Shown here piece after piece: positions 54,886 through 64,000 of a DNA stretch of 64,000 nucleotides. Within the stretch, counting starts at the first letter, position 1; each line of letters starts with the position of its first letter. The notes under the pieces were generated by a model. That model did no database searches and was not told the DNA's origin. It saw nothing but the letters and a program-made list of their open reading frames with translations. The position numbers and the translations under genes are program-made. The DNA comes from an uncultured Holophaga sp. (GTDB taxonomy: Bacteria > Acidobacteriota > Holophagae > Holophagales > Holophagaceae): assembly GCA_963664825.1 (NCBI GenBank), contig OY761614.1, forward strand, positions 2,496,001-2,560,000. Direction: 5' to 3'.

Positions 54886-55801
54886 CTACATCGCCTCGCC
54901 GTAGATGGCTTGGAGGTCACCCTGGGTGGGAGGCCTGGGATTGGTGGCGTTGCAGGGATCCTCGATGGCCTTGTCCGCGAGGCGGGGAAGGTCCGAGGCA
55001 TGGACTCCCCGGGCCCTGAGGCCCTGCTCGATGCCACATTCCCGGCGCAGATCCATGACCTGGGACATGAGGCGCGTCCGGAGCTCCCGGGCGTTGAGCC
55101 CCTTCGGATCGCAGCCCAGGGCTTCGGCGATGCGACGGAAGCGCTCCGGCGCCACGGAGAAGTTGTAGTCCATCACGTAGGGCAGGAGGAGGGCGTTGCA
55201 TTCGCCATGGGGCAGATCCTTGAAGCCGCCCAGGCTGTGGGCCATGGCATGGACGCACCCCAGGCTGGCATTGGAGAAGGCCAAGCCGGCCTGGAGGCTG
55301 GCCAGCATGATGTGAGCCCTCAGCGTCAGGTCCTCCGGGGAGGCCACGCTGGCCCGGAGATGCCGGGCAACGAGCTGGATCGCTTCCAGGGCATGGACAT
55401 CGGTGATGGGAGAATGGGCGTTGGAGACGAAGGCCTCGATGGCATGGACCAGGGCGTCCATGCCGGTGCAGGCCGTGAGATAGGGATCCATCGTCAAAAG
55501 AGTGCGCGGGTCGATGAGCGCCACGTCGGGCACGACAGCCTTGCTGATGATGGCGATCTTCACATGCTCCTGGGTATTGTTGATGATGGCGAACTGGGAG
55601 ACATCTGCGGAAGAGCCGCCTGTGGTCGGGATGCAGATCAGGGGAGGCATGGGCGCCGGAACCTGGTCCACGCCTTCGTAATCCAGGATATTGCCACCAT
55701 TGGCGGCCACGATGCCGATGCCCTTGGCGCAGTCCATGGCACTGCCGCCCCCGATGGCCACCAGGAAATCGCTGGCGCTCTCGAGGAAGACCTGGGCGCC
55801 G

Positions 55802-57429
55802 GTATCGATTCACCCCCCCCCATGCAGGCTCAACTCGTGATTGAGGATAAAATCACCGCAAGTGAATAATTCGCTTGTACTTTGGTCTCAAACCAGTCAG
55901 ATTCTGAAGGATGGAGCTTGATCCTGTTCTGACTGATCCGCGTTATCTGGCCCTGGCTGCCGAGAACGGGGAACTGCGTGCGGAAATGGTCTGCCTGCGG
56001 GAGGCGATGGAACGCCTGGAAAAATTGCTGGAGTCGCTCCAGGATCGCCTCGGGAAGGACAGTCGCAACAGCAGCAAGCCCCCCAGTTCGGACGGACCCG
56101 CGGCGCCACCCAAGCCACCGGCGCCGCCCACGGGGCGCAAGCGCGGCGGCCAACCGGGACGGAAGGGATCCGCTCGGGTGATGCTGCCGGAAGGCAGCGA
56201 GGACCGTACGGTTTCGGTGCCCCTCGCCTGTTGCCCCCACTGCCGAGGCGAGGTTCCTTCAGGGGCCATCACCGGGACGCGCCTGCACCGGGTGGTGGAT
56301 CTGGCTCAGCGCCTCACAGAAGTCATCGCCTACGCGCTGGAGGAGGGGATCTGCCCGCACTGCCAGAGGAAGGTGCAGGCGCCGCTTCCCCCAGAGGCTG
56401 CGCCGGGCGGGATCGGCCCGCGCCTTCAGGCTGCGGCGGCCTATCTGCGCACAGAGGGCCGCATGAGCCTGACGCCGCTCCAGCGTTTCCTCTCGGAGGT
56501 GACGGGCGTAGCGGTCTCACGCGGTTGGCTGCACGAGAGCGGTGTGGCGCTGGGGAGCCACCTACTCCCCGCCTGGGAGGACCTCTCCCAGCAGATCCGT
56601 ACGGCGGATGTGCTCAACCTCGACGAGACCGGCTTCGGCCGGAAGGACCGGGACTGGATCTGGGTGGCCCTTTCCGCCCGTACGGCCCTCTTCCACTTCA
56701 GTGACACCCGTGGGGCGAGGGCCCTAAAGGCGATACTTCCCGAGGACTTCCAAGGCGTGATTGGCACGGACCGCTACGGCGCCTACAACGCCTTAAAATC
56801 TGCCGTTCGCCAGTTCTGCTGGGCCCATTTGCGCCGCGAGTTCGTCGCCCTGAGCGAATCCCAGAAGCCCGAGGTGGCCGCACTGGGAAAGCGACTGCTC
56901 GCCGAGCAGGAGGAGATCTTTGCGCTGTGGCACACCTTCCGGGCGGGCGACATCAGCCGGAAAGAGCTCCGGGCCTGCACCGCCATCAATCTGGCGCGGC
57001 TCAAACGCGGTCTGATCCAGGCCAGCGCGATGGATCACAAGGCCGCCCGAAACCTCGGGAAGGACCTCCTCCGGAAATGGGACAAGCTCTGGGTGTTCCT
57101 GAAGGTCGAGGGCGTGGAGCCGACGAACAATGCGGCCGAGCGGGCCCTGCGCCCCCTCGTGATCCTCAAGCGGATCTTCCAGCGACTGCCCAGCGCGGAC
57201 GGAAAGCGATTCTTCGAACGCCTCCTGAGCCTGGGCACCACCGCCCGCATCCGCGGCGTCCCCTACTTCGACTGGCTGCTCAGGGCCCTCCACTCCGCCC
57301 GATCCAACCAGCCCCTACCGGCACTGGAACCAGCCTGAGGCTGCCAGGGCAAGCGGGACATCACCAGCCCATCATGGCTGCCTGCCACCGGCTTACGTGG
57401 TCACAGGGACAAGGGGGGTGAATCGATAC
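55802..57429 (+). mobile_element. IS66-family element, copy 2, with 8-bp TSD GGGCGCCG
   Basis: 1628 bp with the same TIRs as copy 1; TSD at 55794-55801 and 57430-57437. Confidence 0.96.
55911..57338 (+). CDS. IS66-family transposase
   Basis: Protein identical to 32930-34357 apart from one M/V change. Confidence 0.95.
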   Translation: MELDPVLTDPRYLALAAENGELRAEMVCLREAMERLEKLLESLQDRLGKDSRNSSKPPSSDGPAAPPKPPAPPTGRKRGGQPGRKGSARVMLPEGSEDRTVSVPLACCPHCRGEVPSGAITGTRLHRVVDLAQRLTEVIAYALEEGICPHCQRKVQAPLPPEAAPGGIGPRLQAAAAYLRTEGRMSLTPLQRFLSEVTGVAVSRGWLHESGVALGSHLLPAWEDLSQQIRTADVLNLDETGFGRKDRDWIWVALSARTALFHFSDTRGARALKAILPEDFQGVIGTDRYGAYNALKSAVRQFCWAHLRREFVALSESQKPEVAALGKRLLAEQEEIFALWHTFRAGDISRKELRACTAINLARLKRGLIQASAMDHKAARNLGKDLLRKWDKLWVFLKVEGVEPTNNAAERALRPLVILKRIFQRLPSADGKRFFERLLSLGTTARIRGVPYFDWLLRALHSARSNQPLPALEPA

Positions 57430-57815
57430 GGGCGCCGAGCATGGCCTCGGTGTCCCTTGGGTTGGGCGATACCCCCAGGAAGCGCGTGACGTGGAGGCCT
57501 TCGGCTTCCAGCAGAGCCGCGCATTCCTCCGTCCACCCGGCGGCGCCAACGCCCGGGTCCGAGACCAGGAGGACCCTGCGACCTCCCAGCTTGCGGGCAT
57601 AGCGACCCACCAGTTTCCGTGCATCGAAGCCGAAGATGAATTCCGGTGCCACGAATTTGCGGAGTTCGCCGAAAACAGAATCATCCATCGCCTACCCCAT
57701 GAGGAACCAAGGCTCCTTGAGGAATCCTTAACGGCCTCCAAGGGAGGGGGCTTGAATCCCGCTCATCGCATTGTGCCTCGGACTTCCCCCATACTGGTGG
57801 GAACCTGGAGCCCCC

Positions 57816-59087
57816 ATGACGACCTGGACCCTCGACCCCTCCGAAAAGCAGGCACTGCTCGCCCGTTTCCTCCGCTACGTGCAGGTGGATACCCAAAGCG
57901 ATGAAGAGGCCACCTGCTTCCCCTCCACGGAAAAGCAGAAGGATCTGGCGCGCATCCTGGTGGACGAGCTGAAGACCCTCGGCTGCGGGGACGCCGCCAT
58001 GGACGAGTGGGGCTATGTCTTCGCCACGGTGCCGGCCCATCTGCCCCTGGGCCATGCCCCCGTGCCTGCGGTGGGCTTCCTGGCCCACCTGGACACCTAC
58101 GCGGGAACCCCTGGGGGGGGCGTGAAGCCTCAGATCATCGAGGCCTATGGGGGCGGCGATATCGCCCTTCCGGGCAGCGGCGAGACGATCCCCATGGCCA
58201 CCAATCCCGCCCTGGCCCGCTGCCTGGGCCACACCCTGGTCCACACCGATGGCACGACCCTGCTGGGGGCCGATGACAAGGCCGGCATCGCCGAGATCAT
58301 GACCCTCATCGCCTGGCTGGGAGCCCATCCGGAATTTCCCCACGGGGAGCTGCGCATCGGCTTCACCCCCGACGAAGAGGTGGGCCGGGGCACCGAGCAT
58401 TTCGATGTGGCGGCCTTCCGGGCGAAGTACGCCTACACCCTGGACGGTTCGGATCTGGGGGAGATCGAGGACGAGACCTTCTGCGCCGATACGGCGATCG
58501 TCACCATCCAGGGCCACGATGTGCATCCGGGATACGCCAAGGGGGTGATGATCAACGCCGTGCGGGTGGCATCCAGCATCGTCGATGGCCTGCCCGCAGA
58601 GGGCCTGCCTGAAAATACCGAGGGCAGGGAACCCTACCTCCACCCCTTGGACCTGAAGGGCGATGTGACCAAGGCCGAAGTGAAGCTCTTGGTGCGGGCC
58701 TTCACGGAAGAGGAACTGCACCAGCGGGAAGCGTCCCTGCGCCGGGTGATCGGGCAGGTCGAGGCGCGTTTCCCCGGCGCCCGTATCTCCCTTGAGATCA
58801 AGGAGTCCTACCGCAACATGGGCGACAAGATCGCCGAGGATCCCAAGGTGCTGGACTATGCCATGGAGGCCGTGCGGCGCCAGGGCATTCCTCTGGTGCG
58901 CAAGGCCATTCGCGGGGGTACGGACGGCGCGAGGCTCTCCTTCATGGGCATCCTGACGCCCAATATTTTTGCCGGGGGCCAGAGCTTCCATTCCCTTCAG
59001 GAATGGGTGTCGCTGGAATGGATGGCCGCCGCCGTGGGCGTCTCCATCCAGCTGCTGACGGCATGGGCGGAAGGCTCCGAAGCCTAG
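57816..59087 (+). CDS. pepT: Peptidase T (tripeptidase)
   Basis: RFLRYVQVDTQSD, AHLDT, LGADDKAG, FTPDEEVG, IRGGTDG. Confidence 0.94.
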   Translation: MTTWTLDPSEKQALLARFLRYVQVDTQSDEEATCFPSTEKQKDLARILVDELKTLGCGDAAMDEWGYVFATVPAHLPLGHAPVPAVGFLAHLDTYAGTPGGGVKPQIIEAYGGGDIALPGSGETIPMATNPALARCLGHTLVHTDGTTLLGADDKAGIAEIMTLIAWLGAHPEFPHGELRIGFTPDEEVGRGTEHFDVAAFRAKYAYTLDGSDLGEIEDETFCADTAIVTIQGHDVHPGYAKGVMINAVRVASSIVDGLPAEGLPENTEGREPYLHPLDLKGDVTKAEVKLLVRAFTEEELHQREASLRRVIGQVEARFPGARISLEIKESYRNMGDKIAEDPKVLDYAMEAVRRQGIPLVRKAIRGGTDGARLSFMGILTPNIFAGGQSFHSLQEWVSLEWMAAAVGVSIQLLTAWAEGSEA

Positions 59088-59088
59088 G

Positions 59089-59610
59089 GTGTTCCTCTTC
59101 CGCATCCTGCTGATCCTGGCCAGCATCCCCGGGGTCATCGTCCACGAACTGGGCCATCAGATCCTGTGTCACCTCACGGGCACCCGCGTCATCCGGGTCT
59201 GCTACTTCCGCTTCGGCGTTCCCGCCGGATACGTGATGCACGAGCGGCCCCGGAGCTGGTGGCGGCACATGTTCATCTCCATGGGCCCCTTTTTCGTGAA
59301 CACGACGACCAGCGTGGCGCTGGGCTGGCTGGCCCTGAGCGGGCGCCTGCCGGGGGCATCGGTCTGGACTTCGAAGGTGCTGCCCCTGTGGCTGGCGGTG
59401 GCCATCGCCATGCACGCCTTCCCCAGTTTTGGGGATGCCCAATCCTTCCTGGACGCCGTGTGGACCAAGGGGGCGGGCTTTTTCGCCAAACTGCTGGGAA
59501 CGCCCGTGGCGCTGGTGATGTTCCTGGGGGCCTTCCTGGGGAACTACGGCCTGGACCTGGCATTCGGGCTGGGGGTGGGCCTGGCCCTGCCCTGGTACCT
59601 GCTCCGTTGA
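59089..59610 (+). CDS. Putative membrane zinc metalloprotease
   Basis: PGVIVHELGH (HExxH), GPFF, PSFGD; hydrophobic. Confidence 0.7.
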   Translation: MFLFRILLILASIPGVIVHELGHQILCHLTGTRVIRVCYFRFGVPAGYVMHERPRSWWRHMFISMGPFFVNTTTSVALGWLALSGRLPGASVWTSKVLPLWLAVAIAMHAFPSFGDAQSFLDAVWTKGAGFFAKLLGTPVALVMFLGAFLGNYGLDLAFGLGVGLALPWYLLR

Positions 59611-59670
59611 ACCTATTTTGTGCGTGATCCCAGTTGTAGAATGACGGCCTATTTCTATCCAGGAGTTCCC

Positions 59671-61302
59671 ATGAACCAGCTGCCCCTCACTGAGCGCCCC
59701 TCCTGGAAGGCCCTCTCGGCCCATTACTCAGAGGTGAAGGGCCTCCACCTCCGGGAGCTCTTCGCCAGGGATTCCAGCCGGGGTGAGCGTTTCACCTGCG
59801 AGGGGGCGGGCATCTTCCTGGACTATTCCAAGAACCGCATCACCGACGAGACCCTCCGCCTGCTGCTGAAGCTCGCGGAGGAAGCCCGCCTCCAGGGGCG
59901 CATCGAGGCCATGTTTCGGGGGGACCGCATCAACCTCACCGAGGACCGCTCCGTGCTGCACACGGCCCTGCGGGCCCCTGCGGGCCAGCGCATCGAGGTC
60001 GATGGCCGGGATGTGGTCGGTGATGTCCACGCCGTGCTTTCCCGCATGGGGGCCTTCTGCGAGCGGGTGCGTTCCGGATCCTGGTTGGGCCACACGGGAC
60101 GCCCCATCCGCGCCATCGTCAATATCGGCATCGGGGGCTCGGATCTGGGGCCCGTCATGGCCTTCGAGGCCCTCAAGCACTACACCACGCGGGAGCTGGT
60201 CTTCCGCTTCGTGTCCAACGTGGATGGCACGGACTTCGCCGAGGCCACGGGGGATCTGGATCCGGAGGAAACGCTCTTCATTATCTCGTCAAAAACGTTC
60301 ACCACACAGGAGACCATGACCAATGCCCGCACGGCTCGGGCCTGGTGCCTGGAGGCCCTGAAGGACGAGGCCGCCATCGCGCGGCACTTCGTGGCCGTCT
60401 CCACCAACGCCAGGCTGGTCTCGGAATTCGGGATCGATACGGCCAATATGTTCGGCTTCTGGGACTGGGTGGGGGGCCGCTATTCCATGGATAGCGCCAT
60501 CGGGCTGTCCACCATGCTCGCCATCGGCCCGGAGCATTTCCGCGAGCTGCTCTCGGGCTTCCACGCCATGGACGAGCACTTCCGCACCGCGCCCTTCGAG
60601 CAGAACCTGCCGGTACTCATGGGCCTCATCGGCCTCTGGTACACCTGTTTCTTCGATGCCCAGGCGGTGGCCGTCCTGCCCTACGAACAGTATCTGAAGC
60701 GCTTCCCGGCCTACTTGCAGCAGCTCGTCATGGAGAGCAACGGGAAGAGCACAACGCTTTCCGGGGAAAGGGTCGAGCACCAGACCAGCGCCATCTACTT
60801 CGGGGAGCCCGGCACCAACGGCCAGCACTCCTTCTATCAGATGATCCACCAGGGCACCAAGCTGATCCCCTGCGATTTTCTGGTCTTTGCCCAGGGCCTG
60901 AACCCCCTGGGGCGCCACCACGACTTGCTCTTCTCCAATGTGCTGGCCCAGGCCGAGGCCCTGGCCTTCGGCAAGACCCTCGACGAGGTGAAGGCCGAAG
61001 GCATCCCGGAGGCCTTGGCGCCCCACCGCTGCTTCGAGGGCAACAGGCCCTCCAATCTGCTCATGGCCGAGCGCCTCACGCCCGCCACCCTGGGGGCGCT
61101 GGTGGCCCTCTACGAGCACCTGGTCTTCACCCAGGGCGCCATCTGGTCCATCGATTCCTTCGATCAATGGGGCGTGGAATTGGGCAAGGTCCTGGCCCAG
61201 CGGATTCAGCCCGAACTCGAGGCCGCCGCAGCACCCGAGCTGAAGCACGATAGCTCGACCAACGCGCTGATCCGGAGGTACCGGAGCCTGAGGGCCCGCT
61301 GA
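59671..61302 (+). CDS. pgi: Glucose-6-phosphate isomerase
   Basis: [43 protein letters not shown]. Confidence 0.97.
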   Translation: MNQLPLTERPSWKALSAHYSEVKGLHLRELFARDSSRGERFTCEGAGIFLDYSKNRITDETLRLLLKLAEEARLQGRIEAMFRGDRINLTEDRSVLHTALRAPAGQRIEVDGRDVVGDVHAVLSRMGAFCERVRSGSWLGHTGRPIRAIVNIGIGGSDLGPVMAFEALKHYTTRELVFRFVSNVDGTDFAEATGDLDPEETLFIISSKTFTTQETMTNARTARAWCLEALKDEAAIARHFVAVSTNARLVSEFGIDTANMFGFWDWVGGRYSMDSAIGLSTMLAIGPEHFRELLSGFHAMDEHFRTAPFEQNLPVLMGLIGLWYTCFFDAQAVAVLPYEQYLKRFPAYLQQLVMESNGKSTTLSGERVEHQTSAIYFGEPGTNGQHSFYQMIHQGTKLIPCDFLVFAQGLNPLGRHHDLLFSNVLAQAEALAFGKTLDEVKAEGIPEALAPHRCFEGNRPSNLLMAERLTPATLGALVALYEHLVFTQGAIWSIDSFDQWGVELGKVLAQRIQPELEAAAAPELKHDSSTNALIRRYRSLRAR

Positions 61303-61334
61303 AGGGGGCTTTCCCACCTGGACTCGTATCTGGT

Positions 61335-61973
61335 CTACACCGTCTCGAGCGTGAACACCGTGGCGCCTTCCTCTTGACCCGCAGGGACGAATCCCATGCG
61401 GAGGAGGTAGGCGTCGTGCTGGCGGTCATGGGAACGGGCCAGCAGCCTGCGGAAGCCCCGCTTCTGGAACTGGTCGCGGTTCTGGATGAAGAGGAATTCG
61501 CCGGGCTTGAAGTCCCGGTAGGCGGGCACGACGAAATCCAGATTGACCTCCAGCACACCGTCGGGGCCAGGGGTGCCGATGAAGACGCAGGCGGGCATCA
61601 GGTTGCGCAGCACGTAGAAGCTCAGCCGGTTCCCATCCGAGCGGAAATCGAAGCTGGGGAAGAAGCGGGTGATCTCGGCCCGGTATTCCTTGAAGAAGCA
61701 CTGGAGGTAATCGGATCCGGGCGGCACGGTGATGAGGTGGAGCCGCTCCTTGGTGGCGTAGATCTGCACCAGATAGTAGATATCGGCACAGGCGATGAAG
61801 CCGTTGAGCACGCCCACGGGGTAGGCCTTGATGAGGAACCCGTACACCGAGAAGGCGGCGGCGCCGAGCATGTTGTACCAGCGGAGCTTGACGATGGAAC
61901 TCATCGTCAGCGAGAGGGCTAGCACCACCGAAGCGATGTAGGCGAACCAGTCGAGCCAGGCGATGTGGGGCAT
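61335..61973 (-). CDS. Membrane protein (YgjV-like TM region plus soluble C-terminal domain)
   Basis: SLTMSSIVKLRWYN...YGFLI; LDFVVPAYRDFKPG. Confidence 0.65.
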   Translation of the reverse strand: MPHIAWLDWFAYIASVVLALSLTMSSIVKLRWYNMLGAAAFSVYGFLIKAYPVGVLNGFIACADIYYLVQIYATKERLHLITVPPGSDYLQCFFKEYRAEITRFFPSFDFRSDGNRLSFYVLRNLMPACVFIGTPGPDGVLEVNLDFVVPAYRDFKPGEFLFIQNRDQFQKRGFRRLLARSHDRQHDAYLLRMGFVPAGQEEGATVFTLETV

Positions 61974-62059
61974 TCGAACGCTCCATGGGGAAGGGGAATT
62001 TCAGTGGGGGGCTTCTTTGTCGTTCGTGGTGAATCTGTTCTTTTGAACGCGAAGCCGCA

Positions 62060-62803
62060 TCAGTCTTGAGATCGGGGTTCCAGCAGGAGGCGGATGGCCT
62101 CCTGGGCCACGCGCAGTCCGAAGATGGCGGGCATGTAGGAGATGGTCCCCAGCGGGGTGCGTGGGCGGCCGGGCCCGATGTGGGCGTCGATATCGACGGG
62201 GTTGGGGGGCCGTGTATTCTCGCAGATCTCCAGGGAGTAGATGCAGAGGATGCCCTTGCTGATGCCCCGGCGGCGCATGCGCTGGCGGATCACGGTGGCC
62301 AGGGGGCAGTTGCGGGTCTTGGAGAGATCTCCGGCGAAGACCTGGCCTCCGTCCATGCGCCCTCCGGCACCCATGCTGGAGACGATGGGCAGGCCGCCTT
62401 CGAAGGCGGCCTGGAGCAGGGCGCACTTGGCGTTCACGGAATCGATGGCATCGATGACCAGGTCCACCTCGGGCAGCAGGAGTTCGGCCACGGAATCGTT
62501 ATTGAGGAAGGCCCGGCGGGCATCCACTTCGCATCCAGGGTTGATGTCCTTCACCCGGTTGGCGGCTGCCTCCACTTTGGGAAGGCCCAGGGTCGAGTGC
62601 AGGCCCAGGAGCTGGCGGTTGAGGTTGGTGGGGTTCACCACATCGTGGTCCACCAAACGCAGGTAGCCCACCCCCGCCCGGGCCAGGGCCTCACAGGCGA
62701 AAGAACCCACGCCCCCCAGGCCATAGATGGCCACCCGGGACCGACTGAGCCGCGCGTAGGCCTCTTCCCCCAGCAGTTGCTCCGTGCGGGCGAACCATCT
62801 CAT
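62060..62803 (-). CDS. tcdA: tRNA threonylcarbamoyladenosine dehydratase (ThiF family)
   Basis: GLGGVGS, LARAGVG, TNLNRQ, IDAID, SSMGAG. Confidence 0.85.
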   Translation of the reverse strand: MRWFARTEQLLGEEAYARLSRSRVAIYGLGGVGSFACEALARAGVGYLRLVDHDVVNPTNLNRQLLGLHSTLGLPKVEAAANRVKDINPGCEVDARRAFLNNDSVAELLLPEVDLVIDAIDSVNAKCALLQAAFEGGLPIVSSMGAGGRMDGGQVFAGDLSKTRNCPLATVIRQRMRRRGISKGILCIYSLEICENTRPPNPVDIDAHIGPGRPRTPLGTISYMPAIFGLRVAQEAIRLLLEPRSQD

Positions 62804-63591
62804 GGCCGCAGCCCTCCGAAAATTCGTTCCGAATTTTTGTAAGCCAGGGCCGTGAGGGATGCCAGATCGGTCCCCCGAATACGCGCCGCGGCTTCCAACA
62901 CCAGGTGGATATGGGCGGGCTCGCTCAGTGCACAGCCCCCCCAGCCGGGCAGGTCCCTAGGGAAGAGGCTGGGCGCGTCCGTCTCGAAGAGCAGGCTCGA
63001 TTCGGCCACGGCCTGGACGGCCTTGGCGGCGCGGGCGTGCTGGGGCTTGGCCAGGGAGCATCCGAAGGAGAGATGGAAGCCCAGGTCCTGGACTTCCCGG
63101 GCCACCTCGACCGAACCGGAGAAGGCGTGGATCACGGCCCCGGCTTCCGGCAGGCCCTCCTCCCGGGCGATTGTCTGGAGGCGCGCCCAGGCGCGGCGGC
63201 AGTGGATGGAAAGGGGCCGGTTCCATTTCCGGGCCAGCCGCAGCTGGCTCCGGAAGACGGCCTCCTGGAGAGAGCGATCCGCATTTTCCACCGCGAAATC
63301 CAGGCCACATTCGCCGATGCCCATCGGTCCTTCCTTCAGCTGGCCCTCCAGGCGCTCCAGCCATCCGGGGCCTGCCCCTTGGGCGTACCAGGGATGGAGG
63401 CCGAGCATGAGCAGGACGCTGGGGTGGCGCTGGGAGAGTTCCAGCACCCTGGCCCAGTCCGCCTCCCGGGTGCCGCAGCAGACCAGGTGGGTGACACCCG
63501 CCTGCTGAGCGCGGGCCAGCAGGGGGGCCAGGTCTTCGCCGAAGCGGGGATCCTGGAGATGGCAGTGGGTGTCGAAGCAGGCCGGGGTCAC
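62800..63591 (-). CDS. tatD: TatD-family hydrolase
   Basis: DTHCHL, GLHPW, IGECGLD, IHCR, IHAFSG, ETDAP. Confidence 0.9.
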   Translation of the reverse strand: MTPACFDTHCHLQDPRFGEDLAPLLARAQQAGVTHLVCCGTREADWARVLELSQRHPSVLLMLGLHPWYAQGAGPGWLERLEGQLKEGPMGIGECGLDFAVENADRSLQEAVFRSQLRLARKWNRPLSIHCRRAWARLQTIAREEGLPEAGAVIHAFSGSVEVAREVQDLGFHLSFGCSLAKPQHARAAKAVQAVAESSLLFETDAPSLFPRDLPGWGGCALSEPAHIHLVLEAAARIRGTDLASLTALAYKNSERIFGGLRP

Positions 63592-63600
63592 AGGGCCTCG

Positions 63601-64000
<400 letters not shown>

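Larger units (their letters stand above)
54886..57688 (-). pseudogene. Iron-containing alcohol dehydrogenase-like gene (ErcA-like) interrupted by IS66
   Basis: 5' part LRKFVAPEFIFG...NPR (57430-57688); 3' part GGGSAMDCAK, GMDALVHAIE, HAMAH, HGECN (54886-55801). Removing the IS and one TSD copy restores a 388-aa frame. Confidence 0.9.

Noticed and set aside
34467..55801. Inversion or composite transposon between the two inverted IS66 copies
   Set aside because: Copy 2 keeps its own TSD and the two halves of the interrupted gene are collinear, so these two copies have not recombined with each other.

Overview
GC-rich bacterial chromosome segment; gene content suggests Holophagae/Acidobacteriota (inference). 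Housekeeping arms (1-23.3 kb and 43.9-64 kb) flank a ~20.6 kb accessory island that starts at the 3' end of tRNA-Ser(GGA). The island has three parts. (i) A compact phage-satellite-like element (23.36-32.84 kb) encoding AlpA, a PemK/MazF-like toxin, a Mor-like activator, TerL, TerS, DnaC, Rep, ParB and a truncated integrase, with no recognisable capsid, portal or tail gene. (ii) An IS66-family copy without a target duplication, joined to an IS110 recombinase that has lost its upstream region. (iii) A chromosomal integron: intI, attI and 12 homogeneous 122-125 bp attC sites. The most notable observations are a predicted ~114-nt structured RNA with its own sigma70 promoter and terminator directly downstream of the PemK-like toxin (candidate RNA antitoxin), a second attI-like site inside the cassette array, a duplicated ORF-less cassette, and a large strand-specific RNA structure upstream of mntH. 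The window also holds an SAH riboswitch before ahcY, a Dnmt2-like methyltransferase, a pseudokinase-TonB fusion, and a second IS66 copy (8-bp TSD) that interrupts an ercA-like dehydrogenase gene. All assignments come from reading motifs by eye; no database searches were run.
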